A stretch of 58,097 nt of DNA, taken from positions 1 through 58,097 of the forward strand of contig CAZUXK010000003.1 of assembly GCA_964624025.1 (NCBI GenBank). Direction: 5' to 3'. This document shows positions 37,655 to 46,952 of this stretch, piece by piece. How positions within the stretch are numbered: position 1 is the stretch's first letter; each line of letters begins with the position of its first letter. Below the pieces are notes generated by a model. The model ran no database searches. It saw nothing but the letters and a program-made list of their open reading frames with translations, and was not told the origin of the DNA. The translations under genes and the position numbers were made by a program. The stretch is from an uncultured Brevundimonas sp. (GTDB lineage: Bacteria; Pseudomonadota; Alphaproteobacteria; Caulobacterales; Caulobacteraceae).

Positions 37655-39814
37655 TCAGTAGTTGACGGACAGGAGCAGGCCGATCCGTCGCGGGTAGACC
37701 GCCTGGAAGCCGGTCGAGGACGCCAGAAGCGGCCCCTCCTCGCCGAGCACATTGTCGGCGAAGACATCCAGCCTGTACCGGTCGTTCGACACGCCGGCTC
37801 GGAGCGTCATCATCCCCAGGGTTCCGGATTCCAGTCCGCTCGCGAGATCGGTCTGCCTAGCCCGGTAGCTGTAGCTCCCGAACAGGTTGAGATCCAGGCT
37901 GTTGGACAGGGTTCGAGTGTAGGTGGTGGCGAACGACAGGTTGGACTCAGGCACACCCGGAAGCCGCTCGCCCTCCGCCGCCGACGGCAGCACCGCCGAC
38001 AGGGCCGGGTCGACCTCGCTGAACTCGGCTGAGTTGATGTTGCCGACCAGCTGGAAGGACAGGCCTGCGACGGGCGGCCGCCACGTCAGGCCCAAATCCA
38101 AACCATAGATCTCGGCGTCGCCGCCGTTCACCGTGGCCACGAGGCCGGCAGAGGTTGTGAAGGGCACCTGGATGTCGGACCAGTCGGTGTAGTAGACTGC
38201 CGCGTCGATGCTGAAGGATCGATCGGCCGTCCGCATCTTGGTCCCGATCTCATAGCTCCACAGCTCGTCGGGCTCGATGATTGTCGAGGTGGTCACTCCG
38301 TCCAGACCGGCGAAGGCGACCTGGCCCTGCGTCTGGATCGAACCGGAGCGGAACCCCTTGGCGGCGTTGAAGTAGATCGTGGCGTCGTCGTTGGGCTTGT
38401 AGGTCAGGTTGAAGCGCGGGCTGAGCGAATCGAAGCTGCCCTCGCCCGAGGACGGCAGGGCGATCCCGGGCGGTGCGAAGGTCGGGTAGAGGGTGGTGAC
38501 GCCCGAGGCGCTGCGCTCGTCCTCGAAGTAGCGCAGGCCGATCAGCGGGATCAGCTTGCCGTCCATCAGCTCGTAGGACGCCTCGCCGTAGATCGCGAAG
38601 GACTCGGTCTTGAGCGGGGCCGGCGACTGGGTGATCAGCGGCAGGAACAGCGTGGTCCCGCCGAACGGAAACGGGATGGTGTAGTCGAATGACGAGACGA
38701 TCTCGGCATCGGTATACAGACCGCCAACGATCCAGTTCAGCGGACCTCCACCGTTGGAGATCAGCCGCACCTCCTGGCTGAAGCTTTCGCTTTGGAAGTT
38801 CGCCACGGCGCGCAGCGCCGAGACAGCGGTGTTGAGCGTGGTGTCGAACTCCAGCTGATGCTCGAAGTAGGAGGTGCCGGTCTGCAGGGTGACGCCGCCC
38901 AGATCCCAGTCGATGGCGGCCGTGTAGACGTCGGCGGTGACCTGGTTGTAGGGCCGGGTCCCGAAGCTGACCGGCAGCAGCGGCGGATCGACGTTGATCA
39001 GCCCGTTGTTGTAGTCCTGATGATTGTCGATGTGCCAGGCACCCAGGGTTACGTCGACGGCGTCGGTCGGCCGAAGCAGCAGCTTGGCCCGGACGTTGTA
39101 GTTCTCGACCCCGTTCAGGTCGCTTTCGCCCGGGCGGTCGGACGCTTCCGCGAAGCCACTGAGCTCCTCGTAGCCGCCGCTGATGCGCAGCGCCGCCCGA
39201 TCCTCGGCGATCGGGATGTTCACCACGGCGTCCGCGGCCCAGTTCGTGCCGCCGCCGTCGGTCGACGAGATCTCGCCCAGCATACGAGCGGAGAAGTCGC
39301 GGGTGTCGGGCGTCGGTGTGATCAGCCGCACGAGGCCGCCCATGGCGCCGTTGCCGTAGAGGGTGCCCTGAGGTCCGCGCAGAATCTCGGTGCGTTCCAG
39401 ATCGAACAGCCGCGACGGAGGCGAGATCTGCAGATTGGGAATCGAGAAGACGACGTCGTCGATGTAGTAGCCGGTGGTCGAATCGCCAACGGTGCCGGAG
39501 CTGATGCCGCGGATCTGGATGGTGTCGAATCCGGGCGCGGCCTTGGAGACGACCGAGGCGCCGGGCACGAAGTCCACCAGCTGGGTCAGCTCGCGCGTGC
39601 CCTGGGCTTCCAGCTGTTCGCCGCTGATCGCCTGGACCGAGAGCGGTACGTCGATCAGGTTCTGGGCTCGCTTCTGCGCCGTGACGATGATCTCTTCGAC
39701 CACCGTCGCCTCCTGCAGATCTGGCGCGCTCTGGGCCCAAGCCCCGCCGGCGACGCCCAAGCTCAGCGCCAAGGACGACACACCGGCCCGCGCCATCATC
39801 TTCACTCTCGACAT
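37655..39814 (-). CDS. TonB-dependent receptor
   Basis: Signal peptide, TonB box EEIIVTAQKR, EILRGPQGTLYG plug motif, C-terminal aromatic residue; ATG at 39814. Confidence 0.95.
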   Translation of the reverse strand: MSRVKMMARAGVSSLALSLGVAGGAWAQSAPDLQEATVVEEIIVTAQKRAQNLIDVPLSVQAISGEQLEAQGTRELTQLVDFVPGASVVSKAAPGFDTIQIRGISSGTVGDSTTGYYIDDVVFSIPNLQISPPSRLFDLERTEILRGPQGTLYGNGAMGGLVRLITPTPDTRDFSARMLGEISSTDGGGTNWAADAVVNIPIAEDRAALRISGGYEELSGFAEASDRPGESDLNGVENYNVRAKLLLRPTDAVDVTLGAWHIDNHQDYNNGLINVDPPLLPVSFGTRPYNQVTADVYTAAIDWDLGGVTLQTGTSYFEHQLEFDTTLNTAVSALRAVANFQSESFSQEVRLISNGGGPLNWIVGGLYTDAEIVSSFDYTIPFPFGGTTLFLPLITQSPAPLKTESFAIYGEASYELMDGKLIPLIGLRYFEDERSASGVTTLYPTFAPPGIALPSSGEGSFDSLSPRFNLTYKPNDDATIYFNAAKGFRSGSIQTQGQVAFAGLDGVTTSTIIEPDELWSYEIGTKMRTADRSFSIDAAVYYTDWSDIQVPFTTSAGLVATVNGGDAEIYGLDLGLTWRPPVAGLSFQLVGNINSAEFSEVDPALSAVLPSAAEGERLPGVPESNLSFATTYTRTLSNSLDLNLFGSYSYRARQTDLASGLESGTLGMMTLRAGVSNDRYRLDVFADNVLGEEGPLLASSTGFQAVYPRRIGLLLSVNY

Positions 39815-39892
39815 AGGTCCTCCCTGGTTCCCTCGCAGGCCGCCCGGCGGCTGGTCGGAAGATCCGCCCAAGTCTGATCCTGCAAGGGTCAC

Positions 39893-39910
39893 GCTAAACA
39901 GATGTTCAGC
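39893..39910. promoter_or_regulatory. Cluster operator
   Basis: GCTAAACAGATGTTCAGC, identical to 31442-31459. Confidence 0.85.
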
Positions 39911-39946
39911 CTGAGCGCAAGTCAGGCTGAACGCCCGCTCATCACT

Positions 39947-40738
39947 TCATCGACCGGTGTAGTCGCCAGGCCGCTTCTCCCGGAAGGCGGTGAGGGCCTC
40001 GACGAAGTCCTCTGTCCGCGTGCCGAGCAGCCACTGGTCGGCGTCGGCGTGCATGACGGCGGCGTCGAGCGCCCCTGAAAGCGCGTTGACGCTGCGCTTG
40101 ATCATCTGGACGGCGATCGGCGGCAGGGCGGCGTAAGACAGCGCCATCGTCCGCGCCGCCCCATCCAGCTGATCGCGGGAGACCACCTGATCGACGAACC
40201 CCCAACGCTCCAGGGTTGCGGCGTCGATCAGGTCGCCCGACATCACCAGCCGCTTGGCCCGGGCCGGCCCCGCAAGCCGCACCGCCAGCGGCAGGGCATT
40301 CCACATCAGATTGATGCCGAGCTTGACCTCCCCATAGCCAATCCGCGCGCCGTCTGCGGCGATGCGGAAATCGCAGGCGGTGGCGATGCAGGTGGCGCCT
40401 CCGGTGGCGATGCCCTGGATGGCGCAGATGGTCGGCTGGTCGATCTCCTGGAGCGCGCGCAGCAGCCGCGCGCCCTGCTGAGCGGTGCGGCGCAGCTGCA
40501 CCGTCGGCGGCGGTGCCTCTCCGCCCCCGACCGAGCCGATGTCGGCCCCGACTGAGAAGTGGTCCCCCTCCGCGCGGAGGATTACCGCCCGGACCTCGGC
40601 CATCTCCCGCAACTCCCCCGCCAGGGATTCCAGCTGACGCAGGGTCTGCGGCGTCAGGGCGTTGCGCCGCTCGCGCCGGTCGAGCGTCAGGATCGCCAGC
40701 GGACCCTCGACGCTCAGGGTGAAATCGCCTTGGCTCAT
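39947..40738 (-). CDS. Enoyl-CoA hydratase/isomerase
   Basis: RNAL, FSVGADI, ACDFRIA, GEVKLG, AF.EKR. Confidence 0.92.
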   Translation of the reverse strand: MSQGDFTLSVEGPLAILTLDRRERRNALTPQTLRQLESLAGELREMAEVRAVILRAEGDHFSVGADIGSVGGGEAPPPTVQLRRTAQQGARLLRALQEIDQPTICAIQGIATGGATCIATACDFRIAADGARIGYGEVKLGINLMWNALPLAVRLAGPARAKRLVMSGDLIDAATLERWGFVDQVVSRDQLDGAARTMALSYAALPPIAVQMIKRSVNALSGALDAAVMHADADQWLLGTRTEDFVEALTAFREKRPGDYTGR

Positions 40739-42333
40739 GACGGGGCTCCCTCGTGCTTGAGCCGACGCTTGAGCGCCTGCTTGTCAATCTTGGAACTGGG
40801 CAGCAACGGCAGCGCCGCCTCGAAACTGAAGGTTTTGGGCACCTTATAGTTGGCCAGCCGGTCTCTCAGGAATCGTCGCAGATCCTCGACCTCGACCACG
40901 GCGTCTGGCTTGGTCGCGACGAAGGCGTGGCCCACCTCCTGGAAGACCGGGTGCGGCACCGGCAGCACGGCGGCGGCGGCCACGGCCGGGTGTTCGGAGA
41001 GCGCCTGTTCGATCTCCACCGGATAGATGTTGTAGCCGCCCGACTTGTACATCTCCTTCAGTCGACCGACGAAGGCGAACCCTCCGTCCGGCCGGCGCAC
41101 CCCAAGGTCGCCGGTCCGCAGCCAGCCGTCCGGGGTGAAGGCCTCGCGCGTCGCCTCGGGGCGGCGAAAGTAACCGGTCATCACCAGGGGTCCCTGAACC
41201 TGGATCTCGCCGGGCTCCCCGGCTCCGGCCTCCGCCCCCTCGGCGTCGGCGATCCGCAGCCGACAGTAGGCGAGGGGCAAGCCGAAACTCTCCGCCATGA
41301 CCGCGGCCGAAGCGCCGGGCGGAGTCGCGGTGACGATGCCCACCGTCTCGGTCTGGCCGTAGACGTTGGCCATGCGCACCCCCGTGTCCAGCACCGGCCG
41401 GATATGAGCCTCAGGGGCCGAACCCCCGCCGAACACGACCAGCCGATAGGAGCCGAGCACCGCCAAGCTGGCCTCGGGCGCTTGGGCGAACATGGCGAAG
41501 GTGGTTGGGCTCGCGACCAGGTAGGTCGGCCGTTCGCGGACCGTCAGAGCCGCGATCTCGCCCATGTCCACGCGGTGATGAAAGATGATGCGGCCGCCAT
41601 AGGCGAACACGTTCATGCAGACGTTGTTCAGCGCCCCGACGTGGTTGATCGGCGCGACGCACAGGGTGCTCTCCAGTCCGTCGCCCATCCAGTCGACGTT
41701 GATCAGGGCGGCGGCCACGATGGCCCGGTGCGACAGCATGGCTCCCTTGGGTTGACCCGTGGTGCCCGAGGTGTAGACGATCACCGCCACGTCCTCGGGA
41801 TCGACGGCCGCTCGGCGGGCCGCCAGCGCATCGTCGGCGACGTCCGCCCCCGAGGCGGCGAAGGCGTGGAGGTCGGCGAGGTCCACGAAGCGCTGGACCC
41901 GGGGGCCGGCGGCCGTCAGATCGCTCATGTAGTCGCGGTCCTCGTAGCGGCCGCGCACGAAGACGAGTCGCGGTTCGGCGTCCTCAAGCAGATAGACGTA
42001 CTCGGGCCGCTGGTAGCGGGGGTTGAGCCCCATCCACACGGCGCCGATGGAGGTCGCCGCCAGGTAGTTCAGCCAGAAGTCGACCGACGGGGGAGTGAGC
42101 GTCGCCACCCGGTCGCCCACCTCCACGCCCGCCCGGATGAGGGCCTTAGCCAGAGCGTCGACCCGCGCCCGCAGGTCCGCATAGGTGAGCCGCAGGTCCC
42201 CATCGACTGCCGCGACCGCGCCCGGTCGCTCGTCCGCATGTCGCGCAAGCAGGTCGTGAATCCGCAGGCCGTCAAAGGCCGCGCCGCTCCATCCCGGGCT
42301 TCCGTTTGCCAGCATCCGTCCGCGCTCCTCCAC
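40735..42333 (-). CDS. Acyl-CoA synthetase (AMP-forming)
   Basis: YTSGTTGQPKG, YGQTE, RTGDLG, GR.KEM.KSGG.NIYP.EIE, KIDK. Confidence 0.95.
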   Translation of the reverse strand: MEERGRMLANGSPGWSGAAFDGLRIHDLLARHADERPGAVAAVDGDLRLTYADLRARVDALAKALIRAGVEVGDRVATLTPPSVDFWLNYLAATSIGAVWMGLNPRYQRPEYVYLLEDAEPRLVFVRGRYEDRDYMSDLTAAGPRVQRFVDLADLHAFAASGADVADDALAARRAAVDPEDVAVIVYTSGTTGQPKGAMLSHRAIVAAALINVDWMGDGLESTLCVAPINHVGALNNVCMNVFAYGGRIIFHHRVDMGEIAALTVRERPTYLVASPTTFAMFAQAPEASLAVLGSYRLVVFGGGSAPEAHIRPVLDTGVRMANVYGQTETVGIVTATPPGASAAVMAESFGLPLAYCRLRIADAEGAEAGAGEPGEIQVQGPLVMTGYFRRPEATREAFTPDGWLRTGDLGVRRPDGGFAFVGRLKEMYKSGGYNIYPVEIEQALSEHPAVAAAAVLPVPHPVFQEVGHAFVATKPDAVVEVEDLRRFLRDRLANYKVPKTFSFEAALPLLPSSKIDKQALKRRLKHEGAPS

Positions 42334-42368
42334 GTCTTTTTGGGGAGAGCATAGGAGCGACGAAGCTG

Positions 42369-42386
42369 ACTGAGCAAATGTTTAGT
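42369..42386. promoter_or_regulatory. Cluster operator upstream of the CoA ligase
   Basis: ACTGAGCAAATGTTTAGT (reverse complement ACTAAACATTTGCTCAGT). Confidence 0.75.
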
Positions 42387-43017
42387 TCGGATCGGGTCTA
42401 GTTCCGCGGAAGACCAGATCGACGTACGCCCGATGGCGCCGCCGCCAGAGTTCCCGCTCAAAGCCGGACTTGCCGAGCACCCGCTCGACGTAGGGCTCGA
42501 GCAGCAGGGTGCCCAGTTCCAGGTACATGATGAGCAGGGGCAGCCAGAGCCGATCCACGTCCGGGCGCAGCTTGTTGTCCGCGTCCATGCGGTCGACGCT
42601 GGTTCGAACCACCTGGTAGAACCGCTCAAACAGCCCGCCACCCCAATCGCTGCCCTCCAGCATGGCGCGCCGCATATAGGCCTTGGACGTCTCCCAGTCC
42701 TCGATGTGGCGGTCGATCCAGTCCTCGATCCAGGAGGTGACGCTGTCGAGCGACTCCTGAGCCTCCATCCGCGCCCGAGGGGCCTCAGCGAACAGCACCT
42801 CCTCGAACTGGCTGAGGAAGTAGCGGTCCACTGCCTCGCGAAGCCCCACCTTGGAGCCGAAATGGTGGTTGATAAGACCCACCGAGACATCCGCCGCCGC
42901 CGCGATGTCGCGCACGGTCACACCGTCGAAGCCGCGCTCGGCGAACAGCTTCATGGCTACCTGGACCAGGCGCTGCTGTCCGGGGGAAAAGGCGATCACC
43001 TCGGCGGTCTTGGCCAT
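42382..43017 (-). CDS. TetR-family regulator
   Basis: A..LFAE.GFD..TVRDIA..A.VS.GLI.HHFGSK; weak operator copy at 43027-43044 upstream. Confidence 0.92.
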   Translation of the reverse strand: MAKTAEVIAFSPGQQRLVQVAMKLFAERGFDGVTVRDIAAAADVSVGLINHHFGSKVGLREAVDRYFLSQFEEVLFAEAPRARMEAQESLDSVTSWIEDWIDRHIEDWETSKAYMRRAMLEGSDWGGGLFERFYQVVRTSVDRMDADNKLRPDVDRLWLPLLIMYLELGTLLLEPYVERVLGKSGFERELWRRRHRAYVDLVFRGTRPDPN

Positions 43018-43156
43018 CGGAGCTCCACTGAATAAACCCTCAGCCTAGAGATGTGCGGCGCTGGAATCCACAAGGCCCGCCCCCATTGGTCGAGTAAACT
43101 CAAGTTGTCCACCCACTGCCGGCCGAGGTCTTCTGCGGCATGGGTGCCCCGGCCGG

Positions 43157-43968
43157 AGGATTGTCAGCTTAACGCCTCGTAGGACAACGGTCCCTCCCCT
43201 GCCCTGTTTACGCCGTTGCCGCCGCCCAAGCGGCGTCGGCTCCGGCGCGGAAGCGGCGCAGGGTCGGGCGGCTGATCAGATGTCGCCGGGTGTAGAAGGT
43301 GTTGTAGGCGCCGGCACGGGTGGTGAGGAAACGCTGGGCTGAGGCCGGGCTCTTGAAGAGCTGCATCTTCCGCTCCCGTCTTGGGATCGGGAGATGCGCG
43401 TTCTTTGCCCTGTTGTTCTCTCGAAGCCGGCCCGGACGATGGATGTTCTCCAGGCCAAGCTCCCGAACGGCGGACCCGCAGGACGCAAGTCCGTCGGTGA
43501 CGATGACTTCCGGCTCCACCGGCGGGATGCGCAGCAGACGCTTCAGCAGCACCAGCGCGGCGTCGTGATCGCGACGCCCCTGCACCACCCCATCGAGCAC
43601 TTCGCCTTCATCATCGACCGCCCGCCACAGGTCCATGCGGCGGGCGCCGATGCTGCAGACCACCTCGTCCAGATGCCAGCGGCGGCGCCGGCCGCCTGCG
43701 CTTCAGGTTCCGGGCGATCTGCGGGCCGAACCTGATGGTCCAGCACCGGATCGTCTCGTAGCTGACGTCGATGCCGCGCCGGGCGAACATCTCCTCCACG
43801 TCGCGAAAGCTGAGGGTGAAGCGGAAACAGAGCCAGACCGCCTGGCGGATAACGTCCGCAGGGAACCGGCGCCGCTTGAACGAGAGCGGCCGCACGCTCC
43901 TCGCCTCCCCGAAAACGGGCCACAGAAAGCTCGAAGCGGAGACCTGTTAGCTTTAAACTGACAGCACC
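43157..43968 (-). mobile_element. Degenerate IS6-family element
   Basis: Terminal repeat CTGACAGCACC at 43958-43968; decayed partner AGGATTGTCAGCTTAAC at 43157-43173. Confidence 0.85.
43208..43895 (-). pseudogene. Frameshifted IS6 transposase
   Basis: N-half (43611-43895) and C-half (43208-43663) are in different frames; about 5 nt missing near 43680 relative to the first copy. Confidence 0.9.
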
Positions 43969-44035
43969 GCCATCTGCCCCGGCTCACTGGCCCCTCGTGG
44001 CCGTTGATCGCTTCAAACCGATCGTCCCGAGGCGG

Positions 44036-44680
44036 CTATCGGGGGTGGGCGATGGCCTCGACGGCCAGGCGTGCGCTCTCCACGACGCCCCGGCTCAGGG
44101 CTTCGCGATCCAGACCGAGATGATCGACCGCGCCGACGTAGTCGCTCGCCCCGTCAACCAGTGAGGCCACCAGAACACTGGCCAGGGCCGAGTCTCTCGC
44201 ATCCATGCCCGGATAGAGTCCGGCGATGATGTCGCCGAGGGCGCGGAGGTAACGCGCCCTGAACGCCGACACCACGGCGGCGGCTGTGGCGTCATGGTGC
44301 GCGCGGGCCTCGATCATGCTGAGCAGGCCGCCCTCGGCCTCCTTGAGCGAGACCTCGAGGACGAAGCGCACAGCCACCCCCAGCCGGTCCTCATCCGGCG
44401 CCCCGTCCAGAACCTCCGCAAGCCGCGCCTCATGACCGGCGAGGAGCCGATTGACGAAGGCCCCGAGCAAGGCAGCCTTCGTGGGAAAGTGATACTGAAG
44501 CGCCGCCAGCGAGATGCCGAGCCTTCGCGCGACGGCCCGCATCGAAACCCCATCGAGGCCCGCCTCGCGGCAAATCTGCTCGAGACAGTCGAGCGCCAGA
44601 TCCGGCGTTTCGCTCTGGCCTGCCACCCTCGACCCCCGCGCCCGCGCCCGCCAGCCTCGGGCATCGCTACAGGCGGGCAT
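44036..44680 (-). CDS. TetR-family regulator (start uncertain)
   Basis: G.DGVSMRAVA.RLGISLAALQYHFPTK. Confidence 0.88.
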   Translation of the reverse strand: MPACSDARGWRARARGSRVAGQSETPDLALDCLEQICREAGLDGVSMRAVARRLGISLAALQYHFPTKAALLGAFVNRLLAGHEARLAEVLDGAPDEDRLGVAVRFVLEVSLKEAEGGLLSMIEARAHHDATAAAVVSAFRARYLRALGDIIAGLYPGMDARDSALASVLVASLVDGASDYVGAVDHLGLDREALSRGVVESARLAVEAIAHPR

Positions 44681-44683
44681 GAC

Positions 44684-44739
44684 GCCTGTCAATTGACAGG
44701 CATCCGCGCCAGCTCTACAAGCCTGTCAACTGACAGGCT
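44684..44739. promoter_or_regulatory. Tandem palindromic operators
   Basis: Perfect GCCTGTCAATTGACAGGC at 44684-44701 and AGCCTGTCAACTGACAGGCT at 44720-44739, between divergent TetR and oxidase genes. Confidence 0.85.
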
Positions 44740-44747
44740 GGGCCAAC

Positions 44748-46091
44748 ATGCTGGATGTTCTCGTTGTCGGGGCAGGCCTCGCCGGCCTGTCTGCCGCCAG
44801 GGCGCTGAAGCGCGCCGGCGCCTCGGTCCGGGTGCTGGAGAGCCGCGACCGGATCGGCGGCCGGGTGCACTCGCAGGGGCTGGACGTTGGCGTCACCCTC
44901 GATCTCGGGGCCCAGTTCATCGGCGACGCCCACGCCCATGTGCTCCACCTCGTCGGGGAAGCCGGGTTGCGGCGCGCGGCCGTGCACCGGTCCGGCGATG
45001 GGCTGCACGCGCGTCCCGGACAGCCGGCGCAGCGGGCGCCCGCCGACGCCTGGCCGCTCGGCTGGCGGGATCGTCTCGACGTCCTGCAGGCCGCCTGGCG
45101 ACTGGATCGGGCGATGAGGCGTCTCGACGGGGCCGCGGCGCCGGCTCTTGATCGCCTCACGGCCGGCGCGTTCCTGCGCCGCCAGACCCTTTTCGAGCCG
45201 GCGGCCGCCCTGCTCGGCGGCTACATCGAGGGCGAGCTGTGCGTCCCGCTCGATGACATCTCCGCCCGTGAAGTCCTCGATCAGGGGCGCGCCGTGGGCG
45301 GGCTCGCCGGCGAGCGCGCGTCGGCCGGCTGGTTTCTGCCCGACGGCGCCGCCGGCCTGGCGGACTGGCTCGCCGGGGGCCTCGCCGATGCGCTGACCCT
45401 GAACGCCCGGGTCACCGCCGTCGTCCCCGGACAGGACCATGTGACCGTCGCCGTCGGCCAGGAGAGCCTCCGCGCCCGCCACGCGATCATCGCCATTCCG
45501 CCACAGCTCTACGGGGCAGCCGGCCTGCTGCCTCACCTGCCGGGGACCTGGAGAGAGGCCCTGGCGGACTGGCGGCCGGGCGCCGTCATCAAGACCCTCC
45601 TCGTGTTCGAGCGTCCCTGGTGGCGGTCCCGCGGTCTTTCCGGCGCGGTGATCGCCCCCGCAGAGGTCTTCTCCGCCGCCGTCGACGCCTCACCCGCTGA
45701 CGACGGGCCGGGCGTGCTGGTGGTGTTCTCGACCGGGAGAGGCGCCCGCACCCTGGGCGCCACGGCAGACGAGGCCGTGCGGATCAACGCGGCGATGGCC
45801 TGGGTCCAGCGACGCTTCGGCGGTGAAACCCCGCCCCTCGTGACGGGCCGATCGATCGACTGGTCCGCGGATGCCCACAGCCTCGGCGGCTACGCCAGCC
45901 GGCGCGGGCCGGGCGGCTGGACCGCCGCGCCCGACCTCTTCCGCCCCGTCCACCGGTTGCACTTCGCCGGCACGGAGACGGCCGGAGCGTGGCGATCCTT
46001 CATGGAAGGCGCGATCCGGTCGGGTCTGCGCGCGGCGCGAGAGGTGCTTGAGGGGCCAGGGCCCGCGCCGGACGGAACGCCGGTACGCTGA
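44748..46091 (+). CDS. Flavin monoamine oxidase family protein
   Basis: VVGAGLAGL.AA, E.RDRIGGR, DLGAQF, HFAGTETA...MEGAIRSG.RAA. Confidence 0.92.
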   Translation: MLDVLVVGAGLAGLSAARALKRAGASVRVLESRDRIGGRVHSQGLDVGVTLDLGAQFIGDAHAHVLHLVGEAGLRRAAVHRSGDGLHARPGQPAQRAPADAWPLGWRDRLDVLQAAWRLDRAMRRLDGAAAPALDRLTAGAFLRRQTLFEPAAALLGGYIEGELCVPLDDISAREVLDQGRAVGGLAGERASAGWFLPDGAAGLADWLAGGLADALTLNARVTAVVPGQDHVTVAVGQESLRARHAIIAIPPQLYGAAGLLPHLPGTWREALADWRPGAVIKTLLVFERPWWRSRGLSGAVIAPAEVFSAAVDASPADDGPGVLVVFSTGRGARTLGATADEAVRINAAMAWVQRRFGGETPPLVTGRSIDWSADAHSLGGYASRRGPGGWTAAPDLFRPVHRLHFAGTETAGAWRSFMEGAIRSGLRAAREVLEGPGPAPDGTPVR

Positions 46092-46199
46092 TGCCGGGGC
46101 GGGTCCGCCCCCCTGCGCCGAAGAGCGATACGCCTGTGATTGCCCCCCCCCGCCTGCCCGCCTTCCCTTCCGGGCGCGGCGGCGGCATGGTGCGCCGGC

Positions 46200-46952
46200 A
46201 TGTTCAGTGACGACGAGGTGGAGCGTTACGCCCGGCATCTGGTGCTGCGCGAGCTCGGCGGGCCCGGCCAGCAGCGGCTGAAGGCGGCGCGCGTGGCCCT
46301 CGTCGGGGCAGGCGGCGTCGGCGCCCCGGCCGCACTTTACCTGGCGGCGGCCGGCGTCGGGACCCTGCGGCTGATCGACGACGATGCGGTCGCCCTGTCC
46401 AACCTGCAGCGCCAGATCCTGTTCGCCACCGCCGACGTGGGCCGGCCCAAGGTCGAGGTCGCCGCCGCGCGGCTGACCGCCCTCAATCCGCACGTCGCGG
46501 TCGAGGCGCGCCCCGTGCGGCTGGACGCCGGCACGGTCGACGATCTGCTGGCCGACGTCGATCTGGTGCTGGACGGCAGCGACAGCTTCGACACCCGCGC
46601 CCTCGTCGGCGACGCCTGCGTGGCGCGCGGCCTGCCGCTGGTGGCGGCGGCGCTCGGCCGCTGGGACGGCCAGGTCGTGCTGCTGCGCGGCCAGCCCTGC
46701 TGGCGCTGCTATGTGCCGGCGCCGCCGCCCGACGCGGAGACCTGCGCCCGCATGGGCGTGGTCGGGGCCCTGGCCGGGGTGATCGGCTCGGCCGCCGCCC
46801 TGCTGGCCGTCCGGGTTCTGGCGGAGGTCGGCGAGGCGCCGGCCGGCGAGATGATGCTGTTCGACGGCCTCGGCTGGCGCGCCCGCACCAGCCGCATCGC
46901 CGCCGATCCGCACTGTCCCGCTTGCGGGACCGGCGGGCTCAGCCGAGGCTGA
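46200..46952 (+). CDS. moeB: HesA/MoeB/ThiF adenylyltransferase
   Basis: ERYARH..L.E.GGPGQ, GAGG.G, SNLQRQ, CWRC and CPAC; ATG at 46200. Confidence 0.85.
   Translation: MFSDDEVERYARHLVLRELGGPGQQRLKAARVALVGAGGVGAPAALYLAAAGVGTLRLIDDDAVALSNLQRQILFATADVGRPKVEVAAARLTALNPHVAVEARPVRLDAGTVDDLLADVDLVLDGSDSFDTRALVGDACVARGLPLVAAALGRWDGQVVLLRGQPCWRCYVPAPPPDAETCARMGVVGALAGVIGSAAALLAVRVLAEVGEAPAGEMMLFDGLGWRARTSRIAADPHCPACGTGGLSRG

Noticed and set aside
24764-43968. Recent composite transposon with target-site duplication
   Set aside because: The IS copies are diverged, flanking 8-mers do not match, and the rest of the methyltransferase is not found after 43968
46101-46113. GTCCGCCCCC as the right att site of the large island
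   Set aside because: Only a short GC-rich match to the tRNA end, with no arm motifs; expected by chance
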